This document shows, piece after piece, positions 13,383 to 32,019 of a stretch of 64,000 bases of DNA (position 1 is the first letter of the stretch; each line of letters starts with the position of its first letter). This DNA comes from Podarcis gaigeae (taxonomy: Eukaryota): the NCBI GenBank assembly GCA_964106915.2, contig OZ066926.1, one strand, 5' to 3'. The notes below the pieces were generated by a model. The model was given only the letters and a program-made list of their open reading frames with translations, did not search any database and was not told the origin of the DNA. The translations under genes were made by a program, and so were the position numbers.

Positions 13383-14927
13383 CAATGTTTAAAGTATTAT
13401 TTAAAAAACTAAAAGGTTTGGCAATGCTTAGTGCTCCAAGGCTCTTTCAGTGCAAGGTGGTTGGTGCCTGGTTTTGTTTCTTGTTACACTCCGTCCCCAA
13501 ATGACAGTAGGAAGAGCAGAAGGCAGGGAAATTCAGCTCATCCAACTCATTTGCCCCTTGGGATGCTCAGCAGTCCAATTTACAGAGCACCACCTACTTG
13601 GAGGAAACATAGGTTCTGGCTGGAAGGCTGCAGTCCTCTCAGTTTACGCTGATGATTATTTCCAGATGAAACTGCCCATTCCACATGGCATGTGTTTTTT
13701 CTTGAATATAGCCATCAGCTCAAAGATATACTTACCCTTGAAACTTTGCTTACAGCAGGAAGGTACCACAAAGCTCATTCGGCCTAACCTCCTGCTGATG
13801 CAGGAAATTATTTGCTGAAACTCAATACTAATGTTGTTAAATTAATAAAGGACGAGAACGAGAAAGCTTTTCAATAAAAGTATTTATTAATGGTGGGGAT
13901 ATGAATATAAATCTGACGATTTGGGACTTTTTTTAAGTGCATGTCATGCACTCTGCTTAAGTAATGCAAAATATATGTCTTTGCTAAAATTCTATAAAAA
14001 GTGGGCTTCTTTGAGACCAGATTGTTCTATTTTTAAAAAGCCTCTCCAGGGTCAAAGCAGGATAGAGAGAGAAGAGACCCAAAAAAGGAAAAGGCAAAAA
14101 AAAAGAGAGAGAGAGGCAAAAAAAGAGATGTTCTTTTTGGAATGTAACAACCAGATTTTCTTGAACTCCTTCCTGCATCTGCTATCTAGGAAGAGAGGTC
14201 AAGGATTCACAGCTTACTGAGCTATAAATTGAGCTGAACATTAGTTTGCGGTTGTTCTAGACACAGCCTGATAAGAAGTGACAGCTCCAAAGCTACACAG
14301 TGGCTGGAAAAACTACACAGCAGCACTTTGGGAAACTGGCTTTTTCTTGAAGGGGTCATGAAGGCATCTTGGCTTGATCTTCATCTTTACACCATCAAGG
14401 CACATGGTGGCATCTTCCAGAGACAACACGGGGCGTTCTCCTGGCTCCAAACAGTTTACAATCTAAAACAAACAATGGGGAGAGCAAGGGAGGGAATGAT
14501 GTGGGCAGGTGTCATCACACTCATATCCACACCATTTAAAAGGACACTTGTTGCCCCAAAGAACTCTGGGGACTGTAGTTTAATCCTCACAGAGCACTCT
14601 TGGTAAACTACAGTTCCCAGGACTCTTGGGCGGAGGCGTCATATGCTTTAAATGTTGGTGGGGATGTGGCTGTATTTGAAGCTTTGTTACAGTAGGCAAT
14701 GAAGATTATGAGATTATACCAAAGGCCCCAAAGGAAATATGGGTTTTGAAGGAAGGGGAAAAATGCCAGCTCCAGATTCCATGGGGTCCATGGGGCCCCT
14801 CCTGCTCATTTTCACTGCTGTTGCTGTTCCCCATTCACTAGTCCTCTTTCTCTGGGCACTGCTCAAGCCACACAACTGCCCAGAGGGAGCAGGTAAGGGA
14901 GTGGAGCCTGCAGTTTCTCCTTGTTGG

Positions 14928-15311
14928 GGGAGCGGGTGGCGCTGTGGTCTAAACCACTGAGCCTCTTGGGCTTGCCGATTGGAAGGTCGGCAGTTCGAAT
15001 CCGTGCAACCGTGTAAGTTTCCGTTGCTGTGTCCCAGCTCCTGTCAACCTAGCAGTTTGAAAGCACACCAGTACAAGTAGATAAATAGGTACTGTTGTGG
15101 TGGGAAGGTAAACAGTATTTCTGTGCATTCTGGCACTCGTCATGGTGTCCGGTTGGTGCCAGAAGCAGTTTAGTCATGCTGGCCACGTGACCCAGAAAGC
15201 TGTGCACAAATGCCGGCCCCTCAGCTGGAAGTGGGTTGAATGCCACACCTCATAGTTGCCTTTGACTGGACTTAACTGTCCAGGGGCCCTTTATCTTTTA
15301 CCTTTTTACCT
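14928..15311 (+). mobile_element. Sauria-type SINE
   Basis: GGGTGGCGCTGTGG head, B-box-like GTTCGAATCC, CAAGTAGATAAATAGGTAC core, TTTACC tail. Confidence 0.88.
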
Positions 15312-15523
15312 TCTCCTTGTTCCTGACACTACTCACTTGCTAAGAGGGGACAACTGAATGGGCAGCAATGGCAAGGAGAAGCAGCACCAAGGCAAGGGGC
15401 TCCAGGAGTGGCAGAGAGCCTTTTGCTGGGGTATGACCCTCAGCAAGTGCCCAACTATGTTGACCTCTGATTCCATAGAATGGGAATAAAAGGAGACTCG
15501 CCTGAAAAGGGAAGTCAGAGAGA

Positions 15524-20736
<5,213 letters not shown>

Positions 20737-21389
20737 TTAAAGCGAAATGGGCTGCTTGCACCCTTGGGCAGAGTGAGTCCCCCCCCCTCCGCATGCAAGG
20801 AAGGTGTACAATACATGAGTGGAATCTGAGCTTGAAATTCAACCAAACGTTAAGCAACATCTGGCATACGCTACCTTCCCCTTTGACTGGAGTTGGCAGG
20901 GATCTCTGAGGCTGGGCTGAATAATAGGATCAGATAATTGCAAGGAACTGGGATTTCACGGCGAGGGAACTGAAATATCTGCTGAAGAAAAGGGAAAGTC
21001 TCACCCCCATCCTCAACCTCATTTGCCACCTGCAAGCAAAGCAATTTGTTCTCTCTGTCCTTTTTCGAGGGTCAGGACGGACCAAGATTAAAAAAAAAAA
21101 CAGCCTCACAATCCCATCCCTTCCTACAAGTCCTCCTGAGTTCAGTCGGTCTTTCTGCCTGGGAAATGGGTCGACGAGGATTGAAGCCTTCATGCAGGAA
21201 AATAAGACCCAGGCTCTCGCTCCCTCTCAGCCTTGAATACTAGTCGCCGACCAGGATATTGCACGGTCTTGTTCTGCCCTCATCATGCCAGGGAGACCAG
21301 GATTCCTGCCTTCCTTGTGCCCTGACAGCTCCTCGCTCCTCCACTGCCCGCAGTCCGGAGGCAGCTCAGCTTCCGCGGGTGTCGCTTAC

Positions 21390-21500
21390 CTTGATCTTGA
21401 GGCGCTGGTGATGGTGATGGTTCGGCGGTTGGCGCTGATTTGGGAGCTGAAGCGCTCCCGAATCCGGTTTGTGGGGCGTGGACCAGGAATGGGCGGAGAA
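21390..21500 (-). promoter_or_regulatory. probable non-coding first exon and GC-box promoter of the SULT1 gene
   Basis: Strong minus-strand donor AAG|GTAAGC at 21389, CpG-rich patch with GGGCGTGG and GGGCGGAG boxes at about 21474-21498; the ATG exon has an acceptor 1 nt before the ATG. Confidence 0.6.
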
Positions 21501-22504
21501 GATCTCCCGGGGTGAATTATTCCTGGGTGGGACAGTGGAGAGCTGGTAGCTTTGCCGAGGTGCCGCTGAGATCAAGGCAACCCTTCTGCTTCAGCAAAGC
21601 AGAGGGAAGGGTTTCCATTGTGAAACACTAAATATATATGGTAATCTTTGATACTGGGAATTTCTACATCCCCACCCCCCCACAAACAAAAACGAACCCA
21701 AAACTATGCTGGCGTTCCGACCAAGGCTTAAGGTTTTTTCCCAAGCACGGTGGATTAACGGAGTGCTGCCTCTTTAAGAGCTTCCCAGACCCCCAAGTGC
21801 CCTCTCTTCGCTTAGCCCCAGAAAGAATAGATCCCTCTTCCAGGTCTCTATTCGGAAGGCTGCCAGGGAGCTTATGTAACAAGCCTGTTAAGTAACCTGC
21901 CCCTTCAGAGTCACCGTTCAACAGCCAACATAGTTTGGGTTGGACTTTCCTACTCATTTCTACAGGGAAAACACTCTGCACATGCTCAGGAGGTCAACTT
22001 TGCATGTTCTCACCTATCAGTGAGGACTGAAAGTGGACTCAATTGAAGATCTGCGGGTAGACAGCAGTTTAAAATGGTTTCGAGGCCCCTCCGTGTGCAC
22101 ATGATGAAGATGATGCCACACTCTCTCAGCTCACCACCACCACCACCATGTTAAGTGAGCCCACTAATGATCTCTTGATACCAGGCTTCCCAAAACAATT
22201 TGGGTAGTTTTAATTTGAGCAATGGAAGAAGCCATTATAATGTGCTGATCTGGCTAGAGAAGCAACTTGGGTGTGCTGCAGGGGTCCTGATATGTCTCTG
22301 AAGCCGCCATGCCTGCTTGACTTCCGGCTTGCTTCCCACCTGTTCAGCTTGTATGTTTCGAAGCACATAGATGTCACAAGTGAGCCATAAAGTCTCCATT
22401 AGCATCCCATTTCTGGCTCTACAAAGGTGCCATGGGCTTTGCTGGCACTTGGAGAGCTTGTACAATGTGTTATATGTTTAGTAGTGTGCACCTGTCTCAC
22501 ACCA

Positions 22505-22856
22505 CGGGTGGCGCTGTGGGTTAAACCACAGAGCCTAGGACTTGCCAATCAGAAGGTCGGCGGTTCAAATCCCAGCAACGGGATGAGTTGCTCGGTCCCT
22601 GCTCCTGCCAACCTAGCAGTTCAAAAGCACGCCAAAGTGCAAGTAGATAAATAGGTACACTCCGGTGGGAAGGTAAACAGCATTTCTGTGCGCTGCTCTG
22701 GTTTGCCTGAAGCGGCTTAGTCATGCTGGCCACATGACCCGGAAGCTGTATGCCGGCTTCCTCGGCCAATAAAGCGAGATGAGCGCTGCAACCCCAGAGT
22801 CGGTCACAACTGGACCTAATGGTCAGGGGTCCCCTTTACCCCTTTACCCTTTACCT
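22505..22856 (+). mobile_element. Sauria-type SINE
   Basis: Full-length copy of the same family. Confidence 0.9.
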
Positions 22857-25147
22857 GTCTCACACAGGTAAAAAAATTATGGCATTTCAATGCATAGCTG
22901 TCAATTTTTCCCTTTTCTTGCAAGGAATCCTCTTCGAAATAAGGGAATTTCCCTTTAAAAAGGGGAAATGTTGACAGCTATGTTTCAATGCACAAACACA
23001 CATCTTTAAGCATGTTTTGCATAAGTGCAAACATGGCAGACAGCACTCATATGATTGGCTCTGGTTCTCTATGGTATACACCCATATTTGGCTTAACAAT
23101 CATGGACCACCCATTTGGGGCAAGGTTGAGTAAATATTAAAAATGCTTGTTTTATGGTGTTATAACTTATTTCACGTTTATAGTTGTATATAAATGTTTC
23201 AGATGTGTTTATGGGGATGGGAGGAAGAATAACATATTTGTTCCTTTGCTCAAGGTGGTTGGTGGAAGGGGTTGAGAAACCTCTCACTAAACAAGGATGT
23301 AGCTGAGAATTTTCCAGAAGCTTCCTACCAATCCAAATAGAGCTGGCCGGCCTATCATTAGGCAGAGTGAGATGGCCACCTCAGAAAGCTGGTTTTGCTT
23401 GTCATCAAAGGGCAGCAAACATCAAGTGCTCAAAAGGCAAACATTTAAATTTTTTTACAGAAAAGAGGTCTGCCAAGTACAATCTCAGAGGCGTAGAGGG
23501 TGGTAGCTGAATGTATCTGAAACAATAAAAAAAAGTTTCATGGGCCTTTCACTCAGAGCAGCACCATAGAAACTCTTACATGAATGATATTTTGAGGAAT
23601 TGGCAAGAGTTAGGCTCTTGGCTGTTGGGTTCTGAAACCCAAGAGAGCTGGCTGTGAGCCTAAGTGGACCAAGGAGTCCAGGAGTTAAGTTGTGAAACAG
23701 CAAACAAAGACCAGAGGAACCAGAAGATGCTGCTTCAAAAGTTAGGAGTAAAAATCCCTGTTTAGGGCACTGCGATTTTGTGTGAGAGTGTGATCTCGCA
23801 TGTTTTGCCCCAAAACGTGTGTTTTTGAGCTCCGTGATATTGCGCAGGTCACGTGACTTGCTTGGGAGCACGGCTGGGAAGATGAACATCCCAGCTTCTG
23901 GCAACAACATGTAAATTAAAATTAAAGCAGTATCATACCACTTTAAACAGTCGTGGCTTCCCTCAAAGAATCCTGGGAACTGTAGTTTGTTAAAGGTACA
24001 GAAAGTTTTTAGGACACCCTTATTCCCCTCACAATTTTTAGTGTGGTTTAACAATTATTCCCTCTTTGGGGACTTCTGGGAATTTTAGCTCTGTGAGGGG
24101 AATAAGGGTCCCCTAACAACACTCAACACTCTACAATTTCCATGATTCTTTGGGGAGGGGGAGCCATGACTCTTTAAAGTGGTTTGATAACTGCTTTAAA
24201 TGTATAGTACAGATGGGGTCCAAGTCAACAATCAAAAATAGGTAGCCAGTGTGTATTCACACCAGGAATAAGTTGCTCAGAGTGAGACATTAACTCTGAG
24301 GCCTCACTCATCAGAGCACAGTCGGCCTCATGGAACACATTGTGAAATAAGCAAAGTAAATACACATTACTACACAACAATAAGACCCATGATAAAAGAC
24401 CCATAGGTCTAGAGTCTATGGCTACCTACACATTAGTAGCTCAAAATGAAGCAAGACTGGTTTCCCCATACTGTGTTTCAAGTCACATTTTCATATTGCG
24501 GGAATGCCTTCACCTGATGTTCATTACCTGTTTGGTTCCCTCACACCTGCAACCCCCCTCAACTCCTATTCACGAAGCTGCCATCTGCATATGCGCAATG
24601 GCTGTCTCAAATAACATACATGCCTCAGTTTAACTGCTAAGTGAATACGGCTTACGTTGTTGAATTGGATGGAAGCCGGTTTGAGGGGGAAACGCATCAA
24701 ATAGCATTTCTCAATAAGCTGCAGGATATGTCTGGGCTGTGTCAAATGCCCTATGTACACACAGAGCCGTCTTTCCCATAGGGCTTAGTGGTGCGTCGTG
24801 CCAGGGCGCCGGTTTCTCAGGGACGCCCCAATGAGTGGGGGAGCTGCACGGCTTTGCTGGCAGCCTCCCTTTTCTCTGCATGCCCACCAGCTGCGCCTCA
24901 CTAACCATATGGTTGGCAGGGCGCAGCTTCCCTCCCAAGCCTCTGTGGGGATTGCTCTCCCGCAGCGGGATGGGGGAGAGTTGCACACCCCCAATGGCTG
25001 GCAGTGCGCAGCTTCGCCCCCCCCCCCACTATCCATGGTAATTTGGGGCCACTGGGCGGATATTTGCACCCCGGCACTGCATCTGCTAAAGACGGCCCTG
25101 TGTACACAGCTTTAAACACCAGGTGTGGGGGTGCGCCTGAGTCAGTG

Positions 25148-25366
25148 TACAGTGGTACCTCGGGTTACAGACGCTTCAGGTTACAGACTCCGTTAACCCA
25201 GAAATAGTACCTCGGGTTAAGAACTTTGCTTCAGAATGAGAACGGAAATTGTGCGGCGGCGGCAGGAGACCCCATTAGTTAAAGTGGTACCTCAGGTTAA
25301 GAACAGTTTCAGGTTTAGAACGGACCTCCGGAACGAATTAAGTTCTTAACCCGAGGTACCACTGTA
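25148..25366. mobile_element. Tc1/mariner MITE
   Basis: TACAGTGGTACCTCGGGTTA...TAACCCGAGGTACCACTGTA. Confidence 0.88.
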
Positions 25367-26179
25367 ATGGGAACGTAGAATCCGAGTAAAACCTGAGACC
25401 CTTCATCTCTCAATCTCAAGGTCATGGGTTCCAGCTCCACATTGGGCAAAATATTCCTGCATTGCAGGGGTTGGACCACCTGACTCTCGTGGTTCCTTTC
25501 AACTCTACAATTCTATGATCTTGTGTCTCAGGGAGAAATATATTGACTAATTTTAAGATTTATTTAACTTAATTTCTGGTTGGCAGCTAAAATAGTGTGG
25601 ATTAGATACTGAGCAAGTTCTGCTGTCCATTGGGATGAAGAACGGTGGATCTGACATCCTCAACTGTTTTCCTGAATGTGCTTGTGTGTGCTTTAACAGA
25701 CAGTGTCACAGGGCTCCCCCAGCTGTGCTTGTGGCTACTCCCTAGTTCTCTGTGGTAACGAGACAGACATGGCCCTAGCATGAGTGTATAGGCTACTCCT
25801 GTGTCCTTGTTGCACATTGGCCTTGTCACCAACGCAGTTACCTGATTGGGAGGCTGTAATGAACTTTGCTGTGAATCTCGTCCTATACTTTTGCTGACAA
25901 AAAAATATGAACTGTCATCTCTGGTCATCAGTAGATTGGGCTGGAGGGAGCCACAAACTGCCCCCTCTTTGCATAAAAAGTGATTTGATCTTCCATGATT
26001 CAGTAGCCAGCAGTTATGTGTGGTTGAGCCCTATCTTTACTTCTCAGTCATTCACCTTAACCTGAAGCCTTCATTCCACCAGCCAAAAAACAGCACACAC
26101 TGTAGTTCAGGGACTTTTAGACTGTTGAACTCTTGCCTCAAAATTCCTTCTGAATTAGTAAGTAAGTAGTAAGTAAATT

Positions 26180-27045
26180 TTTATTTATACCCTGCCCTCC
26201 CCGACCAAGACCGGGCTAAAGGTGGCTAACATTAAATATCAAATACATTAAAACACAATCAAACGATTGTGTTTTAAATATAAGCTTAAATATAAGAATC
26301 AGGATAAAATTAAATGACTGCCCACGAATTACAACCATAGGGGTCGGAAACCACCAGGAAATTCATCAGGGCCAGCTATCCATGTTGGACCCACATGAGC
26401 CAATAAAAGGGCCTGGGCCTGGACCTGGACCAAAGGCCAGACGGAATAGCTCTGTCTTGCAGGCCCTGCGGAAGGATGTCAAGTCCGGCAGGGCCCTGGT
26501 CTCCTGTGACAGAGTGTTCCACCAGACTGGGGCCAAAGCCGAAAAGGCCTTTACTCTGGTTGAGGCCAGTTTAACCTCCTTGAGATCCGGGACCTCCAAG
26601 ATATTATTATTTGTGGACCTTAAGGTCCTCCGCGGGGCATACCAGGAGAGCCAGTCCTGTAAGTACAAGGGTCCTAGTCTGTACAGGGCTTTAAAGTTTA
26701 AAACCAGCACCTTAAACCTGACCCTGTACTCCACCAGGAGCCGGTGCAGCTGGCATAGCACTGGATGAATGTGGTCCCACGGCAAGGACCCTGTAAGGAC
26801 CCTCACAGCGACATTCTGTACCCACTGGAGTTTCTGGGTCAGCTTCAAGAGCAGTCCCGCATACAGTGAGTTACAATAATTGAGCCTGGAGGGGACTGTT
26901 GCATGGATCACTGTGGCTAGATCAGGGTGAGAAAGGTAAGGGACCAGCTGCTTAGCATGCTAAGGGTGAAAAAATGCCACCTTTGCATTAGCTGCAACCT
27001 GTGCCTCCATAGAGGGATGTGTCGAAGGTTACACCCAAACTCCTG
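26180..27045 (-). mobile_element. L2/CR1-clade LINE 3' fragment
   Basis: ORF 26366-26911 HATVPSRLNYCNSLYAGL...KLQWVQNVAVRVLTG...HIHPVLCQLH...RVRFKVLVL is the typical L2 ORF2 C-terminus; L2-type tail near 26180. Confidence 0.88.
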
Positions 27046-29392
27046 ATGGAAGGCACTGGCACTAATTGAGCACTCACAAGAGATGGGAGTTGACCCCCAT
27101 ATATATTTTTGTTTGATGCAGGAATTAAAGAAAGTTCACATTCACTTCTGCAAGGACTGCTAGAATAATCTCTTTAGCAGCTTCCTCAGCTAAGGGGACA
27201 TTTGATTACATAGAAAATAATTTGCATGCTTTTTTGAAACGTATTGGGTTTTTTTTGCACTTTCCAAAACAATATGCTATCCGAAACACAGCCATCCTTC
27301 AAAATGCACTTCTCCGAAATTTGCAGCGCCGTTCTCCAGCAATGCAATTTGTTCAAAAATGCATACATGAAAGTAAACTCAACACATCATTGTGTATATT
27401 AGTGAAAATAACATACAAAAGTACATTTTATTAGGAAGAACTGTCAAAGGTGTGCACATTGGGCAAAACTGTATATTAGGAAAAATTCACGTGAAGATGC
27501 TGACGAATTTTACTAAAGACTCTTTTTTTAAAAATTGCACAGTGGCGTGGAAATGTGAATAATTTAAGATTTGAAAAATGCGAAACTGAGAGTAACCAAA
27601 ACTGACAGATTTGCCTACCCCTAGTCGCAGGCATGGGACTGCCCAGCTCCAGCCCAGTATTCCACCTCTGGCACCTGTGCTATGTTTGTTCTTGTTTGTA
27701 CTGACAGGAAAAATGTCTTGGCTGGTATTATAGTTTTACATTCTCCTATTCTGACCAGGCGAGTAAAAATGTATGAGGTTGGGAAGCAGCGGGGCCTTCT
27801 CGGTTGTGACACAGCTATTGTGGAATGCCATCCCCTGAGAAGACTGCCCAAGTCAAAGCCAGCAAATGCTAGGTCCACATGCACAGACAAATAAAACATC
27901 CTTATTCCCAACAGACATTTTTAGGCCAAGGATTTGGGTGTAGATCTCCGTGTTCAGTTTGGCTTTTATTGTGTGGAATGTTCCTCGCTTTGAGCTTTGT
28001 GTCGTTTTACCTGACGTTTGGCTGCATTTTTATGGTTGTTTTGACAGCTGCTTGGCTTTAATTTAGAAGGAAGGGCTGGGAAGATATTTCGAAACTAAAT
28101 ACATTAAAAATATTTGTTCTAGACTCGAAGGAAGTCTAAATTATGTGGAGAAAAGCATTTTGAAGCCATTGGCTCCCCCTTGTGGACCAGAACTTGACAA
28201 CAGTGAGCAGCAGAGGCAGGCATGTGTTTGAAAAGCTAAATAAACATGTTATTGTTATAAATAATATCTATTAATTTTTATTATATTTACATTATACTAT
28301 TAATTAATATTAATAATATTTGGTGTCATATTGTGTGCTTGGGCTAACCCAGACAGATGGGTGGCATGTAAATAAAATTGTTGTTGTTGTTGTTGCTGTG
28401 ATCCTAAGCACCTATACCCACAAGAAAATGCTATTGCAATAAACTGTTTTATTTCTAATTAAAAAATGGATATGGGTTAAGAATATTAGACTTGGAGGAG
28501 TCACTTCTGAATGTTGTTAATACAGAATACAAAGTTGCCAAAAGTTATTTGTAAGTCCTCTAGTTCTGGTCCCTGGTGAGGAAACTCAAAAGGTCTGGAG
28601 GGCGGCAACATAAGACATGGGCTTTTTCCTCAGTTGCTGCCCATTTATGGAATTCTCTCCCCAGGGAGGTTCACTTGGCACCTTCATTATGCTGTACAGC
28701 CTTAGGCACCAGGCAAAAACAATCCTTTTTAAGCACGTTCCTATTGACCATACAGGTTTCTTTGATAGATTTAGTGTTTTTAGGGTTTTGTGAGCTGCTT
28801 ATGATTTGTGGTTTCAATTGCTGTAGAACGCTTTTTGAATACTATAGTAGGAAAGCATGTTATAAATAACACATAAGAAGTTTATTATTAAGATTGTTTA
28901 CTGATCTTCATTTGAGGTGCGGACGGGGCTTGTTAACCTGGGAAGGTAGCCCATCTAGGAGGACAACTCAGACCATAAACCTCTGATGCCTTGCAGGATA
29001 TCCTTGGGAGAAGAAAAGGTTAAGGAGTGGACCCTACACAAATCTGGAGTAGAGTCCCAACAAGGGTAGGATGGCGCCTTGTAAGCCTCCTTCCGGCAAC
29101 TCCTGCAGCCAAGCTGGTGCCAAACATATTGCTGTGCTTTCCTTTGGAGCCAAGAGAGGGATCTTGTCATCTGGGCAGCCCAGGACCTCCATACACACTG
29201 CCCAGGCTTGCACCCCAGGAGGTCACTTCAGTGCTATCACCTTGGTTTGACTTCACCCCTAGAGGGGCACTCCATTGTCTTTTGAGACAGACACATGCCA
29301 ACAACTACCCAAGTGGAGGGCCAGGAGCATGGGCTAGGCCAGAGGGTCACTTGTTTGGGCCATAAGCTAGTGGCCTCCAGTTCCTGGAGTTA

Positions 29393-29737
29393 GTGGCGCT
29401 GTGGGTTAAGCCACAGAGCCTAGGACTTGCCGATCAGAAGGTCGGCGGTTCGAATCCCCGCGATGGGGTGAGCTCCCGTTGCTCGGTCCCTGCTCCTGCC
29501 AACCTAGCAGTTTGAAAGCATGTCAAAACTGCAAGTAGATAAATAGGTACTGCTCCGGCAGGAAGGTAAACGGAGTTTCCGTGTGCTGCTCTCGTTTGCC
29601 AGAAGTGGCTTAGTCCTGCTGGCCACATGACCCGGGAGCTGTACGCCGGCTCCCTCGGCCAATAAAGCAAGATGAGCGCCGTAACTTCAGAGTCAGCCAC
29701 GACTGGACCTAATGGTCAGGGGTCCCTTTACCTTTAC
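29393..29737 (+). mobile_element. Sauria-type SINE
   Basis: Full-length copy of the same family. Confidence 0.9.
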
Positions 29738-31077
29738 ACCTAATATGGTCAATCACTTGAAATTTGTTGCTTCGCTTAGTGTTGAGGCCCAACAGGAACC
29801 TCAAGTGTTTTTGGTTTCCTTGAACTCAGATAATGCTCCTTGCTTCCCTGGATCGAAGATAGAGAGGGGAGTGCCAGGGCAGAAACAAGCCGACCGTACA
29901 AGGATAGAATTCATATTTATTGCTCTTCACTCTTTTAACTCTGGCTCACCCCCACCAGCACGCAGTCCTCTAGCTGAAAGATTTCCCTACCTGCTGCTCA
30001 GAGTCCTATTAGTGATTTTTATAAGAAATTTTGTGCTAACTGTAAGTCTGGATTCTGAGGCGGAAAAAAACCTGATGCTGCTCCCTCCACAAGACAGAAA
30101 ATTGAACACAAGAAGCCGTTTGTAGAAACCATTTATTTTTAAGTTATTTCCAAAAATGAGTTCATTCTTGCTCCTTTAGGAGGTTCAGAGTCTCAAATGT
30201 GGATCCAAAAGAGGAAAAGAAGAAATGCAGCTAAAGTTTTTTTTGTGGGGGTGGATGGGAGGGGTGTGCCAGGGCAGGAATACACTTTCCTTTTTCCTTC
30301 ACCAAGGGTCAACAAAGAGAGAATCTGAAGCCTAGAATGGGACACGGGTCTTCTCCTAGATTCCAACCGTTGTGGGGTTATTTGTGAGGCAGAGCCAAGT
30401 TCAAGCTCAAAATGTCCCTCCCTGCTCAGAAAAGGCAGCAAGGCTGGGCACACCCCAATTCCTCCCTGTTCATCTCCAAAGATCTGCTTTCTTAGGCTGC
30501 AATCCCAAATGCACTTACTGAGGAGTAAAAGCCCTATTTAACATAGATCAAGATGCCTTTGTCTTCCTCTCCAGCATTTAATCCAGGGTGGTTGTACTGA
30601 TTTTCTGCTGAAACCTCTTGAAAACAGCCACTTATATAAGGCTGTAAAATAGCCCCCGTCCCCTAAGAAGGAAACCTTGCCTCCTTGATTTCCAAGAAGG
30701 AAAGGAAAGGAGGAAATAGAAGTGCCTCTCAAAAAGTGCTCTGGAGGGGAAATGTTACACAGCCAGCCTTGCTGTTAGGCAGCGTGACACAACTGCCTCA
30801 GGTGGCGGATAAAGAGAGGTGGGGAGCAGGCAGCGCTGTGTGCCACACGCCCAAGCTAACTTGCTGCCCTCAGGTATGCAGGATGCTGTCCTGTTGCCAG
30901 TGCTGGAGCAAGATGCAACCTCCAGCCTAACTGGCATGGGAGGCCTTGTCCCTTGCCTTAGGCAGCAAAGTGTCTTGGGCCAGCTCTGGAAAAGTACCGC
31001 TGATGACAAGGAAGGATCACTCCTGCTTCAGGCTCTTTTAAAAATCAGATTTATTAGTCGGATTCTTTCCATAAGGG

Positions 31078-31224
31078 CAGTGGCGTAGCGTAGGGGGGGG
31101 CAGGGGGGCTGGCCGCACCGGGCGCAACATCTGGGGGTTAGGGTTAGGGGGCGCATATCCACGGGTTAGGGGGCACAAATTACTTGCCTTGCCCCGGGTG
31201 CTGACAACCCACGCTACACCACTG
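31078..31224. mobile_element. hAT-type MITE containing TTAGGG repeats
   Basis: TIR CAGTGGCGTAGCGT / ACGCTACACCACTG, perfect 8-bp target duplication CATAAGGG. Confidence 0.9.
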
Positions 31225-32019
31225 CATAAGGGAGGGGAAGCTGGAAGGAAAGAGAAACTGTTATTGGGAATTTGCAAGATTTCATCCAGAACCAGGCTCT
31301 GTGGGGGAATCAGGGAAGGTGCTGTTTTCCCTAGTGTTGCAGTGCTGCAACCAGAGAAGCAGAGCTTGCCCAAATTCTCTCCCTTTTGCACATGGAACGC
31401 TCGGAAAGCAAAGGCGCTGTCCTTTGGCTCCACAGCATACAAAGTCACCCTTCACAGTCCTCTCATGGTGTGGACCCACTGATTCAACTCACTGTGTGTG
31501 GCAAAGCAGTCAAACAGGAGGACAGAACTAGTTGGGAGAGGCAGGGAGGAAGGCTTCTGTCACATGATTCAGGAAATGGACAGTAGTGTTCTAGCTGCTG
31601 CAGGTAGCAAGGGAGACTCCCCCCCCCACCTCCCCACAGGTTTTAAGTGCTCCCTGTAAATGCTACATGGGGGCAAAATCTAGAGTTAGAGCAGCGGAGC
31701 CGAACCTGGCCGCACAAATGTCCCAAACAGTTGCCCCAAATTTTGGGCAACAGGAAAGTAGCACATGATCAGAGATGGGTGTGTGGGCATCCCTGTCCCA
31801 GAATCCTTTGCAACATGATCCAACAAGGCTGGCTGTCCACTGCTGCACCACAAGGAGCTCTGAGGCACTTATGTCTCTGACCAGGTGGGGCAGCCACACC
31901 GAGCGGCAACCTTTCTCCGTTCACCTCTGCGTGGAAAGGACTCGGGCGGCCAGATCCTGTGAGCATCGTCCCACTCACCCATCCAAAGGTTCCTCCCCTA
32001 ACCGCCTAGCATCCAAATT

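Noticed and set aside
12500-13890. Acceptor-like sites at about 12513 and 12963 and the back-to-back AATAAA/TTTATT at 13873-13888, suggesting a lncRNA or the SULT1 3' end
   Set aside because: No matching donors or ORF; cannot be supported without transcript data.
23485-24054. 189-aa minus-strand ORF
   Set aside because: Begins inside a palindromic repeat; no domain, splice support or codon bias.
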